From assembly GCA_973895155.1 (NCBI GenBank), contig OZ316895.1:18710408-18774407 (forward strand): a DNA stretch of 64,000 nucleotides, read 5' to 3'. A program made the translations under genes and the position numbers. How positions within the stretch are numbered: the first letter of the stretch is position 1; every line of letters starts with the position of its first letter. The stretch comes from Marsupella aquatica. Lineage: Eukaryota > Plantae > Marchantiophyta. Below the pieces are notes generated by a model. It saw only the letters and a program-made list of their open reading frames with translations, searched no databases and was not told the DNA's origin. Shown in pieces: positions 35,401 to 49,600 of this stretch.

Positions 35401-38170
35401 TGTGACGTGTCCCATGGCTCTCTCACCACAAGAACCCCCTAATCAAGCCGGTTCCTCCCTATTTTGACTTTGCTATGGTTGGTTCCATGGTTTATTGGCA
35501 TGGGATGCTGCTTATCCACATTTATTGGACAGAATCTTTCATCGGGTAAATTATGAGTCATGTTGCCAGCCTCTCCTATTCCTCTTCTACTATCTTTTTG
35601 TTAGGTATGTTTGGATTCCGCCCCCGGAATAATGACCAATTGACTTGGGACCGCTGAGGACCTTTCTGAGCTCGACACATCCAACTCTTACTGCTCTTTA
35701 CTACTTGTCTCCCTTTCTCTCCTTGTAGTTGGTGTGGGCAATGTTCACACAAGTTAATGCAACACACAGATAGGAAAATGACTCTTACTGGCTAAGTTAT
35801 AATAGTGCAACATCCATACAACCAGTACTTCTCATACACAAGATCTGCAAACTAAGTTGGAAGGCCTACTCTATTCAGCTCATGAGTACAAGGAAACATG
35901 AATATACACAAGATCCACTATATAACTAACCGAGAGCTTCTTTTACTAAATGATCCCAGCCTTGCTGGTGCACTAAACACTTGCTTAAGAAAAAAGCCCT
36001 AAACTCCCCTGGGCAGGTATTTATCCTAGTTGCATGCCTTCCATCTCACTATAGAGTAAGCCTAAGTTTATCCTAATTGTAATCTACCTATGTATAGCGG
36101 GGCAAGAGCACAAGTGTTGCTCTTACCAGCGGATCCGCAATCCCAACTAATCTAAGTGTCAAGGCCTCCTCTTGTCCCTAATCTTAATCCTAATCCTAGA
36201 GGGCCATGCTCGCCCCGCCCACTCATGCCTCCTTCCCCCACGTCCACCCTCCCTAAAAGGGATGGCCCTCCCCCACTGTCATGTCAGCGGTGGCTTGTCC
36301 CCAATGGACGCCCCTAATTCTCCTTCTCCTGGCAAATATCGTAGGTCCGTCCTCTGGCAATTTACCTGCTCCAGAGTTGGTCAACCCGGAATCAACGTTG
36401 TTTGGTTAGACCTTGACCTCGGCCTTGGGTTTGACTTTAGCTACAATATTGGCTTGCAAAAGTGGTGGGACCATCATTGCAGCATTGGCATTTGTAGTTT
36501 CAGCATTGGTATCGACAGTCCCAACATTGGTATCGATAGTCTCGACATCTGCCCTTTCCTCCTTGTATTTGCCTTCCTCATAGGCTTGTCCTATGAGGCA
36601 GGTTGTCTCATCTTCCGAAGGTTGCGTTTGATGGACGTCAATGACTGTCCAACAACCTTGAGTCGACTCCAGTCATAGTTTCTCTCAATTGGTCTTCCTT
36701 GCCAACTTCCAACACCGTTACCTTTAATGCCATGGCTATGGTGGCCTGGGGGAGTACGGTGAGGACTTGTACAAGGTTTTTGTTTTTCCTTTTCCTTTGC
36801 TTCCAAGACAGCCAACATCTTCCCTTTTCCCATTACTTTTGGCAAGGGTAGGGATATCTTGGCGGGCCTTTTGACCAGTACAACACCTTGCAACCTTGTT
36901 GTTGCCACAAGGGGCCTACTTGCTGGAGCCGGGGACTTCTTTTCTTTGGCTAGTTTCCTCAACCGCTCCGCTTGATAGTCTGCCCATCGCTGCAAGCTCT
37001 CCACCTTCCGCACGGAGTCTTCCAACTCCTTGTGAGTTCCTCCAACTCCTTTTCCAAAGCTGACTTCTCCTCCTTGGCTTCCTTCAACTCCTTGTTGAGC
37101 TTGATGACAACATCATGCTCCATCTTATTCATCTTCTTGTATTGTCGATCGAGCATGTTGTCCTTTTGATGTCCTCCAAATGGCCCAAAATGGATGTTGC
37201 CGCGAGTTTAACTATAGTTGCTGGGAGCTCCAATCCTTAAACAAAAGCCAAGAGTGCTCCCATGGTAGCCCACTTGAATCCCTTAGCATGCAGCAGGTTG
37301 TGTGTTCAAACCCGGTCGCCGTCCTCTCCCTTGCCTTCATCATTTTGCAGTGCTATAAGCTACACAAAGCAGCACACACATCAACAACCCAATATTAATT
37401 GAATGAAGCAGCAAGATTTCTTTAGCACAAAGAAGTGCGATGCTACTTGCAACTGCACAAGGCAGCTTGATGCTTCTTCTTTTTTCTTTTTCTTTTTTTT
37501 GATCCTTCAATAGCAATCTCTCTTACTCAATTGCAGCATAACAAATCTCCATTCAATAGTGCAATTGCTTCTCAATTCAACAACTCATCACATCTATTCA
37601 GCAGTGTCTCATTCAGCGCAGTTCTCCAGTAGCACAAAAGCTTGGTTTAGCAACACACACAGCCCCTCAGCAATGCTCTTATTCAGCATCACTCTCCTTC
37701 TTAGCAGCTCAGCTCCATCTCAATATCAGCTGCAAAGATCAACAACTCCATCTCAATTTCAGCTGCTCTATATTCAGCAACATGCATGTACCTGCTTCTT
37801 TCCAGTAGTGCAACAAGAAAGAAGTAGCATGATGCTGCTTCAGCATCACCTCCTGGCTCCAGCTTCCTCCTTCAGCAGCATCCTTCAACTCAACAACGGC
37901 AGCACAACAGCCTTTCACACTCAACAATCTCAATTCAGCACCATACAATGACTCTGAATGTAACAAGGCATCGATAGCTCCAGGGAAGCTGAAATTTCCC
38001 TATCTTTAGAGCTCCTTTGAGCACCATAAAGTTTCTCCTGATGGTGAGCTTCAATTCCTTGTCCCTCCCTACCTTACATTCAGCTAATTCTTGTGTTTCC
38101 CCGTCGTTCATGAGTCAACCTTGCCACAAATTTGGTTGTTGAACTCTCCTGAAAGACTCCGTCTACATAG
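35401..38170 (-). mobile_element. Second copy of the TGTGA-terminated coiled-coil-ORF element
   Basis: Homologous to 11935 onward. ORF 36959..37156 (KMEHDVVIKLNKELKE) matches 13454..13639. Interrupted by a CAG-rich segment at about 37350-37966. Confidence 0.7.
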
Positions 38171-41100
38171 CTCCCCCAATTGCCTCCATATCTTGAGTGT
38201 GATGGCAAGCAAAAGGCATGGACTATTGTTGGGGCTCAAGATCTAGAATAGGGAGCAGTCTCTTGTGCATCATAGTGATTTATTTTGCTAGCTTGCATGT
38301 AAATATCGATGACATTATAGTTACAGCAAGTAGCATAGTAATTTTGAGGAAACTTGTTGATAAAAAGTCTCAAAATCCTTAGCAAGATGCAAAAGAGGAT
38401 GTATTTGAGAAAAGAAACTTCTCAACTTCAAAGTATACTCTGATAAATGTTGAAAAGTAATGTTGTTCCCAATCCTTTGCCTCTCAGCAGTGGGGGTGAT
38501 AAAGCGCCAATTCAAAGAATAACAGGTTGTATCACCACTGCTTCATGATTCATCTAAAACTTCCTATTGGTTTGTCTCCTGAACGACTCTATTCGCTTCC
38601 TAAAACTTTCAGTCTCTTTCGCTCCTCATCAGCCGTTCATTTCCGCATGTTTAATAAATACTTTCAAACTTCTCCCGTAATAACATCAACAAATTCACCC
38701 CTCAGCCCGAGCTCTCCATCCACCTTCTTCCTTCAATTCGGAGCACACACGACGCGCCTCTTTCCCTGGAACTCCCGTTTGCTTTCGATTCAAGTTCCCC
38801 TTTTCATATCTGAACGCCTCTTCAAGCACTCCTCTGAAATCCCTTTTCACCATAGCCTCCTGAAATCGAGCTCCTCACAATCTCTTTTAACAGCCACGTT
38901 GTCACTAGAACCCCCTTTTCGACCTTAGCGTCTCTCCTCTCTCGTTGCTTCACTCAAAAAGTCCATTAGTCATAATCACCATCGACTGTTTTCTCCCTGT
39001 GTTTTTTTTCTGAATCTCCATAACTACCCACAACGCTATCCCCCAATCACTCTGTCATCTCCACTTCTTCTTCTCACTCCACTGGATTCCGAATCGCCTG
39101 CACCGACAACAACTTCAAGCACCAAACCACACTGGCTGTGTGTGTCCTTTACCCAAAAGCTCCACACATTCAATAATAGCTCTCTTTCGTGGAAAATCAA
39201 AAGCTCCGTAACATCACCACACTGCACCAACAATCACCTTTCGCCTCCAAAATCCCTGTCCTCCTTTCGCTGAAGTTCTTTCTTTCCTGAAAACTCAATC
39301 TTCCAAAAAAAAAGTCCTTATCTCACAGCAATCACCATCCGTAGCTTCACTCTAATTTCAATCGCTCGCCTCAGTCTTCACCTAAAAAATCCAAAACCTC
39401 CACATTGCAACGACCATCATCCTCGGCTGAATCTCACCAAAAAACCACGAGCACTCTAGCGCGCACCACACTTCTTCGATCTGCCTCCGAACATCACTCT
39501 AACCTCCCTCTCAACTGCAACGTGCACAATGTCCTCATGAAATTCGAATCTTCCCAGCCCGCCACGTGTCTCTTCCACAATAAAAGCCTCAAATTCCTTA
39601 AGTCTAAGTTTCACTTCTCTCTTTTTAATTCCTATTCTGTCTTATTGAACTTTTTCCACAACAACAAAACTCTCACCCAAACTGAATCCCTTCACCAAAT
39701 ACCTCCAACTCAAAAATAGGGCCTTCACTTCCCTTCGTCTATCATTCATCCCGACGACAATGCCATTTCACCCAATTCTCAGATTTGATTGCAGTCATGC
39801 TCCTGGCTGAAAAGAATGACCTCCTCCTTTTGAGGAACTCTCGCGAGCGACCACCAGGCACGCTTCCTAAACCGGAAATACAATTCACGAATACCAATAG
39901 AAGTAATTCCTCTTACAATCGACCCCGTGGCCAATTTAAAGGCAATCCAAGTCGTTTTAATAAATTCCACAAGAGACAACAATTTTGCACAGACAAAGGC
40001 AAAATCTTCAAGCCTCCCATGAATTCTTGGTATCGTAACCCCAACCATATGCCAAATAAACCTACACAGAATTATCCCACAAATAATCAGCCCAAGTGTT
40101 TCCGTTGCGGTGGGACAGGGCATATCCAAAAGAATTGCAAAGTTCAAGCTCACCTAGTCAAACTATACCAGGCCACCCTCACAACATCCAACACCTTAAC
40201 AGCCGCACATCACTTGGAGATCGATGACGATCTCTCCAAATACACGCTTGCACCTCCCCCACCTCTGTTCATATAGTATCACATGAAGTGAATGACACAT
40301 CTCTCGCCGGTGCTGATATTTGCATTCTTGACAGCGGCACTTCTCACTCAATCCTAAAAGACAAATGTTATTTCCAGCACATATACCCATCAAATAGACC
40401 TGTGACTACTATCACAGGTATAAACCAATTAGAGGAAGGCCATGGACCTGCCCAACTTACCCTTCCTCAAGGCACAACCATTAAAATTGCATCTGCCATA
40501 TATGCCCCACTCGCGACACGGAACTTACTAAGTTTCCATGATGTCCGCCAAAACAATCTCCATATATGCTCTGCACCCGACAACCACATAAACTCTCTAC
40601 AGATTTTTCGAGAAACTGATAATGGCCCTATCACACTAGAGACATTACCACTCCATCCCCCCGGCGTTTATGCCACTAAGATCATGTCTTACAATTCCCA
40701 ACGACAACAATTATCCCCAACAGAATTATGGCATATCCGCCTCGGCCACCCAGGCCCAGGGATGTACCATAAAATTATTAAGAACACCATTGGCATACCA
40801 AAAGGAGTACACCCATCCACGAAGTTAGACACTTGCATCCCCTATGCACAAGGCAAATATATCACTCATCCAGCTTCCACTAAGAACACCTATCAAATCC
40901 CTGACTTCCTCTCACAGATCAATGTGGACGTCTGCAGACCTATTGATCCACCGAGTGGACCATTTAGGTTTTTCCTAGTAATGATATGCTCCTCAACCAA
41001 ATGGTCCTCTGTTTCTTTAACTTCCACAAGAAACCTTGTCTTTGCCAGACTGCTAACACAGCTTATACGTCTTCGCACTCAATTCCCTGACTCACCTACC

Positions 41101-43691
41101 AAAATAATTCAAATTGATAATGCTGGCGAATTTACATCACCAGCATTCGATGACTTCTGTCAAATCCTGGGCATCACAATTCAATACTCAGTACCATATG
41201 TACATTTACCGAATGGTACTGCAGAGGCATTAATAAAACGTTTACAGATGATCTCAAGACCTATGCTATTACAGACACAACTCCCACTTACAGCCTGGGG
41301 ACATGCTATACTCCATGGCGATGCACTACTGCGATATAGACCATCGGCTTTTAATATTTACACACCACACCAACTAGCACATGGCTCTATACCAGATATT
41401 ACACACCTGAAAGTGTTTGGCTGCCTTGTTCCAGTACCCATTCTTGGCCCCAAGCACACCAAGATGGGACCACAGCGTCGACGTGGCATCTATGTTGGCT
41501 ACGACTCTCCCTCGATAATAAGGTATCTCGAACCCACCACTGCTGATGTGTTTCGAGCTCGATACCAGGACTATAAATTCTGTGAAGAAATCTTCCCACC
41601 ACTTCTAACTCCAGCACAACTCTCCAAACAGCCTGTCTCAACACACACATTAGAATGGACAACAAAGGATCCATTTTGGAATGATCCTCGTACTCAATTG
41701 ACAAACGATGAAGTGCAACGCATTCTGAATCTCCATCAAATTATGGAGAAAATACCTGACGCATTTAATGATGCTACAAATGTAACGAAATCACATATAG
41801 ATGCAGCCAATACTCCTGCGAGAATTCATATACCAGATACTCGAGCCACAGACCTCGCTCCCAAGGCTAAGCAAGGCAGACCTTTAGGTTCCAAAGACTC
41901 CAGACCACGGCAGAAGACACTTGTATCAACACATTTATCCTTACAATTACCGCCAATCATACAGGATGAGAATGAAGAAATATCCATCCACTATATGCAT
42001 ACTGGACATTTATGGCATCAAAATTTAACTGAACCAGATGAGCATTTTGCTTTCCTTATATCCCAGGATATAACTAAAGATTTACCAGACCCTTGGACAA
42101 TTAAAGAAGCACAACAACGACCAGACTGGCCCAAATGGACTCTGCTATTAACTCCGAGCTTGATTCTCTGATATCTCGCCAAGTTTTTGGAGAACTCTGA
42201 GTTGTCCCTGCTGCACAACACCTAACTGGGTATAGGATTATATTAATACGCAAACATAATGCCGCAGGTGAAGTAATCCGCTACAAAGCCAGACTTGTGG
42301 CTAGAGGCTACACGCAAATATATGGCAAAAATTACGACCTTACTCATTCACCGGTCATGGACTCCATTACCTACCAATATCTGATTGCTTTTGCCCTCAC
42401 ACATCAAATTCGTATGCATCTTATGGACGTGGTAACTGCTTACCTTTACGGTATACTTGATACTGACATACAAATGCAAGCTCCACCTGAATTAATTCAG
42501 AGGGTAATTTTCCACATTAAGGGGGAGCATACAACCTCCCCAACCCCGGACCTAAAGTCGGGTATTGATAAAATTGTCCCTACACAGGACTTTAAGGACC
42601 ACCTCATTCACTCAGGCCAAATGATACCTACTGAAATACATGACTCATCAGCGGTCCAACATAAAAAGGCCCAGCAAATTGCTAATGGTGAACAGTCAGC
42701 GGATTCACCATTGAATTATACTGACTTACTCGCTGAGGTAAATCCTGTTCACCACATAATCAATAAAGCCAAGAAACCAGAGAAAGCATTTGCTGTACAG
42801 GTTCTTAGGTCACTCTATGGTTTAAAGCAGAGTGGCCGCATCTGGTATAAGCGTTTCCGTGCTGAGATGCTTGCACTTGGTTTGGTGAATGAGGACATTG
42901 CTCCTTGCCTTTTTATCAAAAGAGATGGCACTGAGTTTATAATTATAGCAATATATGTCGACGACATTAACCTAATGGGTACTAAACTCATTATGGATCA
43001 AACCATTACCACACTTAAGAGCATATTCGAAATGAAGGATATTGGTCAACCTCTATTTTGTATTGGCATTCAATTCGAACATTTATCCAGCGGTATTCTT
43101 ATTCATCAATCTACATATACCAGAAAACTATTAAAACAATTCAACATGGACAAAAGCTATCCAGTGATGACACCTATGGAAATTTGATCTTCAGACACAT
43201 CCAGAGATCTGTATAAGCGCAGGACCGAACACGAACCAATCTTGGGCCCAGAGAAACCTTACCTCTCTGCTATAGGAGCCTTGATGTACCTGGCGAATCA
43301 AACTCGCCCAGACATCTCTTTCGCTGTTCACTTGCTTGCCCGCCACAGCTCCCAACCAACTATTAGACATTGGAATGGCATTAAGAGGATACTGCGCTAC
43401 CTTCAAGGTACAATCGACACTGGCCTCTATTACCCTAAAGATGTGCCTAACGAATTGATTGGTTATGCAGATGCAAGTTACCTTACAGACCCCGATGATG
43501 CAAAATCCCAGACGGGATATGTATTTCTACAAGGACATACAGCCATATCCTAGAAAAGTACCAAGTAGACTTTGACGACCACATCCTCCAACCACGCGGA
43601 AATCATAGCACTATACGAAGCCAGCCGAGAATGCCTATGGCTTTGACAGCTTATCAATCACATCCAATCGTCTACAGGCCATGCAATTCTT

Positions 43692-46600
43692 TTTTTCTTT
43701 TTTCTTTTTAAATTTGAAATTTATTCCGCGTGAACCCCACGGACGGGGGAAGCAGCAGGCCAGAAGGCAATAGAAGGGGTGCAACAAGGAAAGTGACACC
43801 ACAGCCGGTCAAAGTCAAACCATGCGCAGTGACACAAAGCAAGACAGTGTTAAGACCGGGATTCTAAGTAAGACACAGCAGGTCAATAGAGCACTAAACC
43901 CACCGAGTGATTGGGGCCCTAATGAGTACAGTAATCCACTAGGCAAAACTAGCAAGTAATCAACCAGAGCTACATCTGCAATTACTGTGGGCAGGTAGAA
44001 CCGGATTCAGATTTATGGGTCCGGTAGTATTACAGGTATTCCAGTGCCAACCCGATTTAACCTACACAGCACAATCAGACAGAGAATAGACGTCTCACTT
44101 TGCTCCTGATAATCCTAATCTGTTCCTGCATTAGAGTATGCTTAGCCTGTGTGACCCTAGAAAGCTTATTTTTTGAACTAGTAGCAGCCGCCACCGCAGT
44201 AAGGTGATCCAATGTTTCAGAGATGATCAGTATCTGATCAAAAACCCTTTTTTTGGACAGATCTAACGTCTGATCATTACGTGCATTCCAAATAGCCCAC
44301 AGAATCTGATAAATCAAAAAGAAACAAAGTGTGCTCCAAGGGCTCTTCTCTAGCGATAAGAGGATTAACTCTACCAGATTCCGATGTGGTTGTATGATAG
44401 TACCATTTAACCAGGTCTGAGCTTCCAACCAACAACTCTGTGCATGTCTGCAGTTAGTGAATAGGTGGGGGATAGTCTCAATTCTCCCAGGGCATAAAAT
44501 GCAAATTCCATCTGACTTGGCAATTCTCACTGCTCTGGATCCAGAGAACAGTCCCTGCGCCAGAATCCGCCATAAAAAAGTTTTTGCTTTGGTGGAAAGA
44601 TCTGCCGTCCAGATAGTCAACCAAATTTTGCTCCATTCCTCATCAGTATGGCTTACTTCCCATATTCTGTTCAGCCTGAGGTGGTCCGTTCCTTTAGGTC
44701 GCCGCATTTCGTAAACCCGCCAGTTTGGTAGGCCAAACTGTCTCATCCGTGTGTCCTTGTCAAGCCATTGCCATTGACAAGCGAGGGTATCAAATCCACT
44801 TCCATGGAAAGCAGTTCCATGTACCATCTTGATCAGTGAAAGACATAAGTTACGATCTCCATCGGTAATGCCTCTCAAGCGGTTCAACCTGGTATCCAAG
44901 TGTCTCCAATCATCCGCAGCAAGGGACCAAAAGTCCCCCACCCTCCTGATTCCTAAGCTGCCACAAAGCCGGGTCAATGACACAATGGATGCTTCAGGCA
45001 AATCATAAAAATCCTGAGAGCACCGGAGCAGATCCTCCAAAATCCAGTGTCCCGGGATCGCCTCAGCACCGAGATGGAAGATCAGGTTTTCCCTAGCCAG
45101 TGCCCAAGCACCCCATAGCTGCCCTGTATAAGACAATTTCCCAAAAGATCGTGGTGAACCCAACAGCATTAGATCTGTCATAGAATAGTGATTCCTGCGC
45201 ACAGATCTGTAGTTTCTCCATTTTGTCAGTCGCAAGTTAACAGCAAATAGTTTAGCCCATTCAGTCTCCGGATTATCCAGAGCCCCGGTGAACCACTTAC
45301 AGAGGAGTGCATCTGAATGACTCCTAAAGTCCTTCAGGCCAAGTCCGCCATCATCCTTGGGCCTACACAGTTTATCCCACGCCACCAGGGGTATCCTCTT
45401 ACCCCCTGTCCTGTTAGAACCCCAAAGAAAATTCCTGCTTAATGCGATTAATTTCCTAGCCAGTGCAGCCGGGGAGCGCAAAAACATCATGTGAAAGATG
45501 GGTATAGCCTGCAAAACATGTTTAACCAGCAGGAGGCGACCAGTAAAAGAAAGAAATCGTGCGGACCATGAGGACAGGCATGCGCTAATCCTGTCAAGGC
45601 AGAAGCCATGTAACTGTGCTTCTGACAGTCCAGCGCCCAGAGGGGCTCCCAAGTATTTCTGCACTATCCCTGCTTCACTGATAACACACCCAGTCTCTCT
45701 AAGCCATCTAGGAATGTCATCCAATCCCAAAGGGATGACAATGGACTTTTTAAGATTGAGTTTCGCTCCAGTAGCACATTCATAAGTGTTCAATGTGCTA
45801 CCTGTTCGAAAGCTAGCTCAGTAACCGGGATGAACAGACCCATATCATCCGCAAAGAGTCGAAAAGAAATATTCAGATCCGGAGTAATCTGAAAGCCTTG
45901 TAATCTGCCTACCTTGATTTCCGCATTACAAAAATCCATTAGCGGTTGAGTCGAAATTGCAAAAAGTAACGGAGAGAGAGGGCATCCTTGTCTCACCCCC
46001 CGGCTCAACTGAATATCTTCAGTCCAGATCCCATTTACTAAAGCCTTAGAGTACGCATTGCTTAGTAACGACTTGACCAAAAAGATGAAGTGGGATCCAA
46101 TGCCCAGTAAGTGCATTGTTTCCCAGATGTAGGTATGGTCCACCTTATCAAAAGCTTTCTCAAAATCTAACTTCAGGAATAGAGCTGGTGTATTTGTAAC
46201 GTTGATCCAGTCATTCATCAGCCAGGTAATGGAGATGTTCTCTAGAATGTCTGCCAGGAATGAACCCCGTTTGTTGTGGGCAGATCAGTTTAGAAAGCAA
46301 CGGTTTTAATCATTGTGCCAAGAGCTTGGCAATGATCTTGTAAATGATTGTCAACATCGTGAGAGGTTGCCAGTCCCCCAGCCTTCGTTTATCAGTCTTT
46401 TTAGGGATGAAACGGATGACTCCCTCCTTTATCTTGAATGCCAGATGTCCCGTACGCCAGAAGTCCGATACCATTGCATGCAGGTCATCCTTCAGAAATT
46501 CCCAGCATGCACGAATACCCTCCGCGGTCATCCCATCAATCCCCGGAGCCTTGTCACAAGGTAAAAGTAACAAGGTACAATGCAGCTCCTGTATCGAGGG

Positions 46601-49600
46601 AAGAGCCTCCAGTCTTCTGATTTCAGTAGCCGTCAGTGCAAACCGAGTATGTTCACATAGTATACGTCGGGCAGTCAGCATGGCCGATACATCCTCTGCA
46701 GAGAGCATCGGTGGTGCATATAACTCCTCGTAGTGTCGCTGCACCTCCTGGATCACTGCCCGTTCTTCCCGGATTTCTCTTCCTCCTTCCACCACTAGGT
46801 AAGCCATGTTTTCTCTCTGCCGCTTTGCCTTGACAGTAGCAAAGAAAAACTTTGAAGTTTCTTCACCCTGGCTAGCCATCTGATCCGAGATAGACGTCGA
46901 TTGTGATGTGCCTCCCGTATCTCCATTTCACGTACGTTATCTTCCATGTCCATGAAATTCACAGTGCAGGAGGATGAGTGATCCTCAACAATAGCCAATT
47001 TTAGCAAGCGTAGCCTATCCTTCATTAGCCGCATCTCTTCCTCCTGAGGTAGGGGTGCAGCTTGTAATTCCATATAACATTTCCTTAGCCTTTGAAATGC
47101 CAGTGCGAATCTCAGGTGTGGATCGGTGGGGGGATTGTCTTCCAACCAGGCCCCAGCAAGAACGTCTACATTTCCTTGTTTCTGCAGGACCGCAGGATTG
47201 GCCTTAAAATATGTAGCCCGTCTTTGGTCAGCTCTATCTAGAATTGGTAAGGTAAATCTAAGGGTAAGGATCACTGGATCGTGATCAGAGAGGGCTGATG
47301 TCCCATCGTGTACAAGTGCCAAAACTTCCCCAGTCCAGCTCCCCTTCTCGCTGATGTAGAATCGATCTAGTCGCGACTGTATTAGTCTGCCATGTCTCAC
47401 CCTTCTCCAAGTGAATTTGGACCCCGTAACTTGGCCCAAAATGCCCAACACATCTTGTAAATCTAATCTGGTTGTGAGGAATCGCCAGAATTCTTTCTCA
47501 CGTCCACAGATCAAGGGGGATGGACCAGTTGAATCGCCCCATATTTCTGTCATATTGAAGTCGCCTCCCATGATCCATCGATCCTGAGGAAGAGCATTCC
47601 GAAGATCATCCCATAGTAGCGTCCTTTCACCAGTAGAGGAAGGAGCATACACACAAATTAGTCCAAAATTACCTTCAGTATGTTCCACTTGGATCCAGAC
47701 CGCTCAGCCTTTATCCAGCGTGCCTGAAGTTAGCACCTTGAACATAGAATGCAATAGAATGGCTGTGCCGCCTTTGCCCTCATCCGGGAGAGAGTAAAAA
47801 TGCTGATATGTAGGTAAAATAATCCTGAGAGCAATGTCCAATCTGAGGCTGTCAGCCTTAACTTCTTGGAGCATCAAAGCATCGAGAGGAGGACAGATAG
47901 ATGAAACCCATTTGGACACCACAATTTTTTGATTCGGGTCGCATAGGCCACAAACGTTCCAAGTGGCCACTTTGAAAGTTGTCATTCAGATTCAAGTCGC
48001 GTAGACCACCTTCATGCTCCACCCAGAGGCAAAGCTAGTACTCACCAGTTAGACCTTCTCCTGTAGGGGGCTCACCATTGGCCTAGCAGGTACACGCTGC
48101 AGCATCTCCTCAGGTGATTTCATCAAATGGTTAGGATCCGATGACCGAATCGATACTACCTCACCTGGGGAGTCAACGTTGTGTATCACACCATCAGGTG
48201 GAATGGGGGAGGCCTCAATTGCGCTAGAGATCTCTGGGGTGTCAGTCACTGGGTGCTGCAACTCTCTTCTTCCTCGCCGACCGGGGGTGCACCAGCTGTC
48301 TTCCTCCTGCAAGTGATGATCAGCAACAAATTGTAAGGCTCAAATACATCATGCGTGTAAGAGAGTTGGAGGAAAACAGATTTCCTTTTCATGCCTTGCG
48401 CTCATCTTCAGCTAAAGGGTGGTATGCAGATGTGTGCAGGTGGGCCCATGCTTGGGATTTTCCTGAACATGAATGGCCAACACACCCAACCAAGCTAAGA
48501 GCAAAACTTGAGCAAAAGGCTTTGCACAAACTTTGGCATGAACCTAGCCCACGGCAGCAATACTACATGAGAGATGTGAACCCCATGAAGAAATATCGAG
48601 AACAAGAATACTTATCTAGCACTATCTCAGTACAACTTAGACAACTTATTGCTCAGTATAGACTAAGCTCACACCACCTTGAAGTAGAACAAGGGAGATG
48701 GAAGGATATTGACAGGAAAAAGAGGGTTTGTCAACTATGTGATAGCTCTAGTATAGAGAATGAATATCATGTATTCATTGCTTGCAAGTTTTATGAGGGG
48801 GTTAGGATGGCATCTCAAATCTTGGTGAAAGATTTGTATGCATTGTTTGGTCTGCCCCCTCAGCAAATTGGAAGATATATCTTTGCGGTGGATAGGGAAA
48901 GGAGAATAGGTTTGGAAAATCTTTCAGGGCTCTCTAGGTCCATAGTTTCTTTGAGGACATAGTTGTCCTCTTCTGAGCAATCTCTTTTGGTTGCTCTTTT
49001 CTTTGATTGCATTGTACTTTACTTTTTGTGGCAGCTCCTTTGACTTTCATGGTCCCGGAGCTTATAATACATTACCATTACCATTACCATTACCACATTG
49101 ATTCCTGGCCTTCTTTTCCCCTTTTTCTTTTCATCTGGTGGGGATCGCTTAGCCAATTTCCTTGCCCGGTCCTTTTTAACCGTTATGTGAGAGATGAATC
49201 CTTCATACTCCGACATCTCCATGTCAGAGGGCTTCTCTGCGGCAGACAACCCATCTCCTTCTTCCATTTCCTCTGAGGTTTCTAAATCCGGACGTGGTAA
49301 AACAGGATTCTCATTTGGCGCAGCCACAATGAGAGGAATATCAACAGCCCCTTGTCCCGTCTGATCATCTGAATTAGTCAGATTCTTATTCAAGACCGCC
49401 GAGGCATAATGCATGGATTGAAGGTCCTGCATGACCCCCGAGATAGCGACAACACCAGCCTGAAGATGAAGAGCAACCACTCCCGCCCTTCCCTCATCCG
49501 TGCATTCATCTACCTCCCGCACAATTTCCACCGAGGGGGGCGCAACAATACCCCCCTCTACACTCCCAAATAAAACAAAATCCCCGATACCATTCGCCGG

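Noticed and set aside
37350-37966. CAG-rich ORFs or solo LTR
   Set aside because: Low complexity; the TG..CA ends have no matching TSD, and no domain was recognised.
38280-39770. Possible LINE ORF1 or gag relic on the minus strand
   Set aside because: Only a degenerate zinc-knuckle-like hint near 39140; too decayed to call.
48351-48962. Stand-alone 203-aa gene
   Set aside because: It is the C-terminus of the LINE ORF2 in a 5'-truncated copy.
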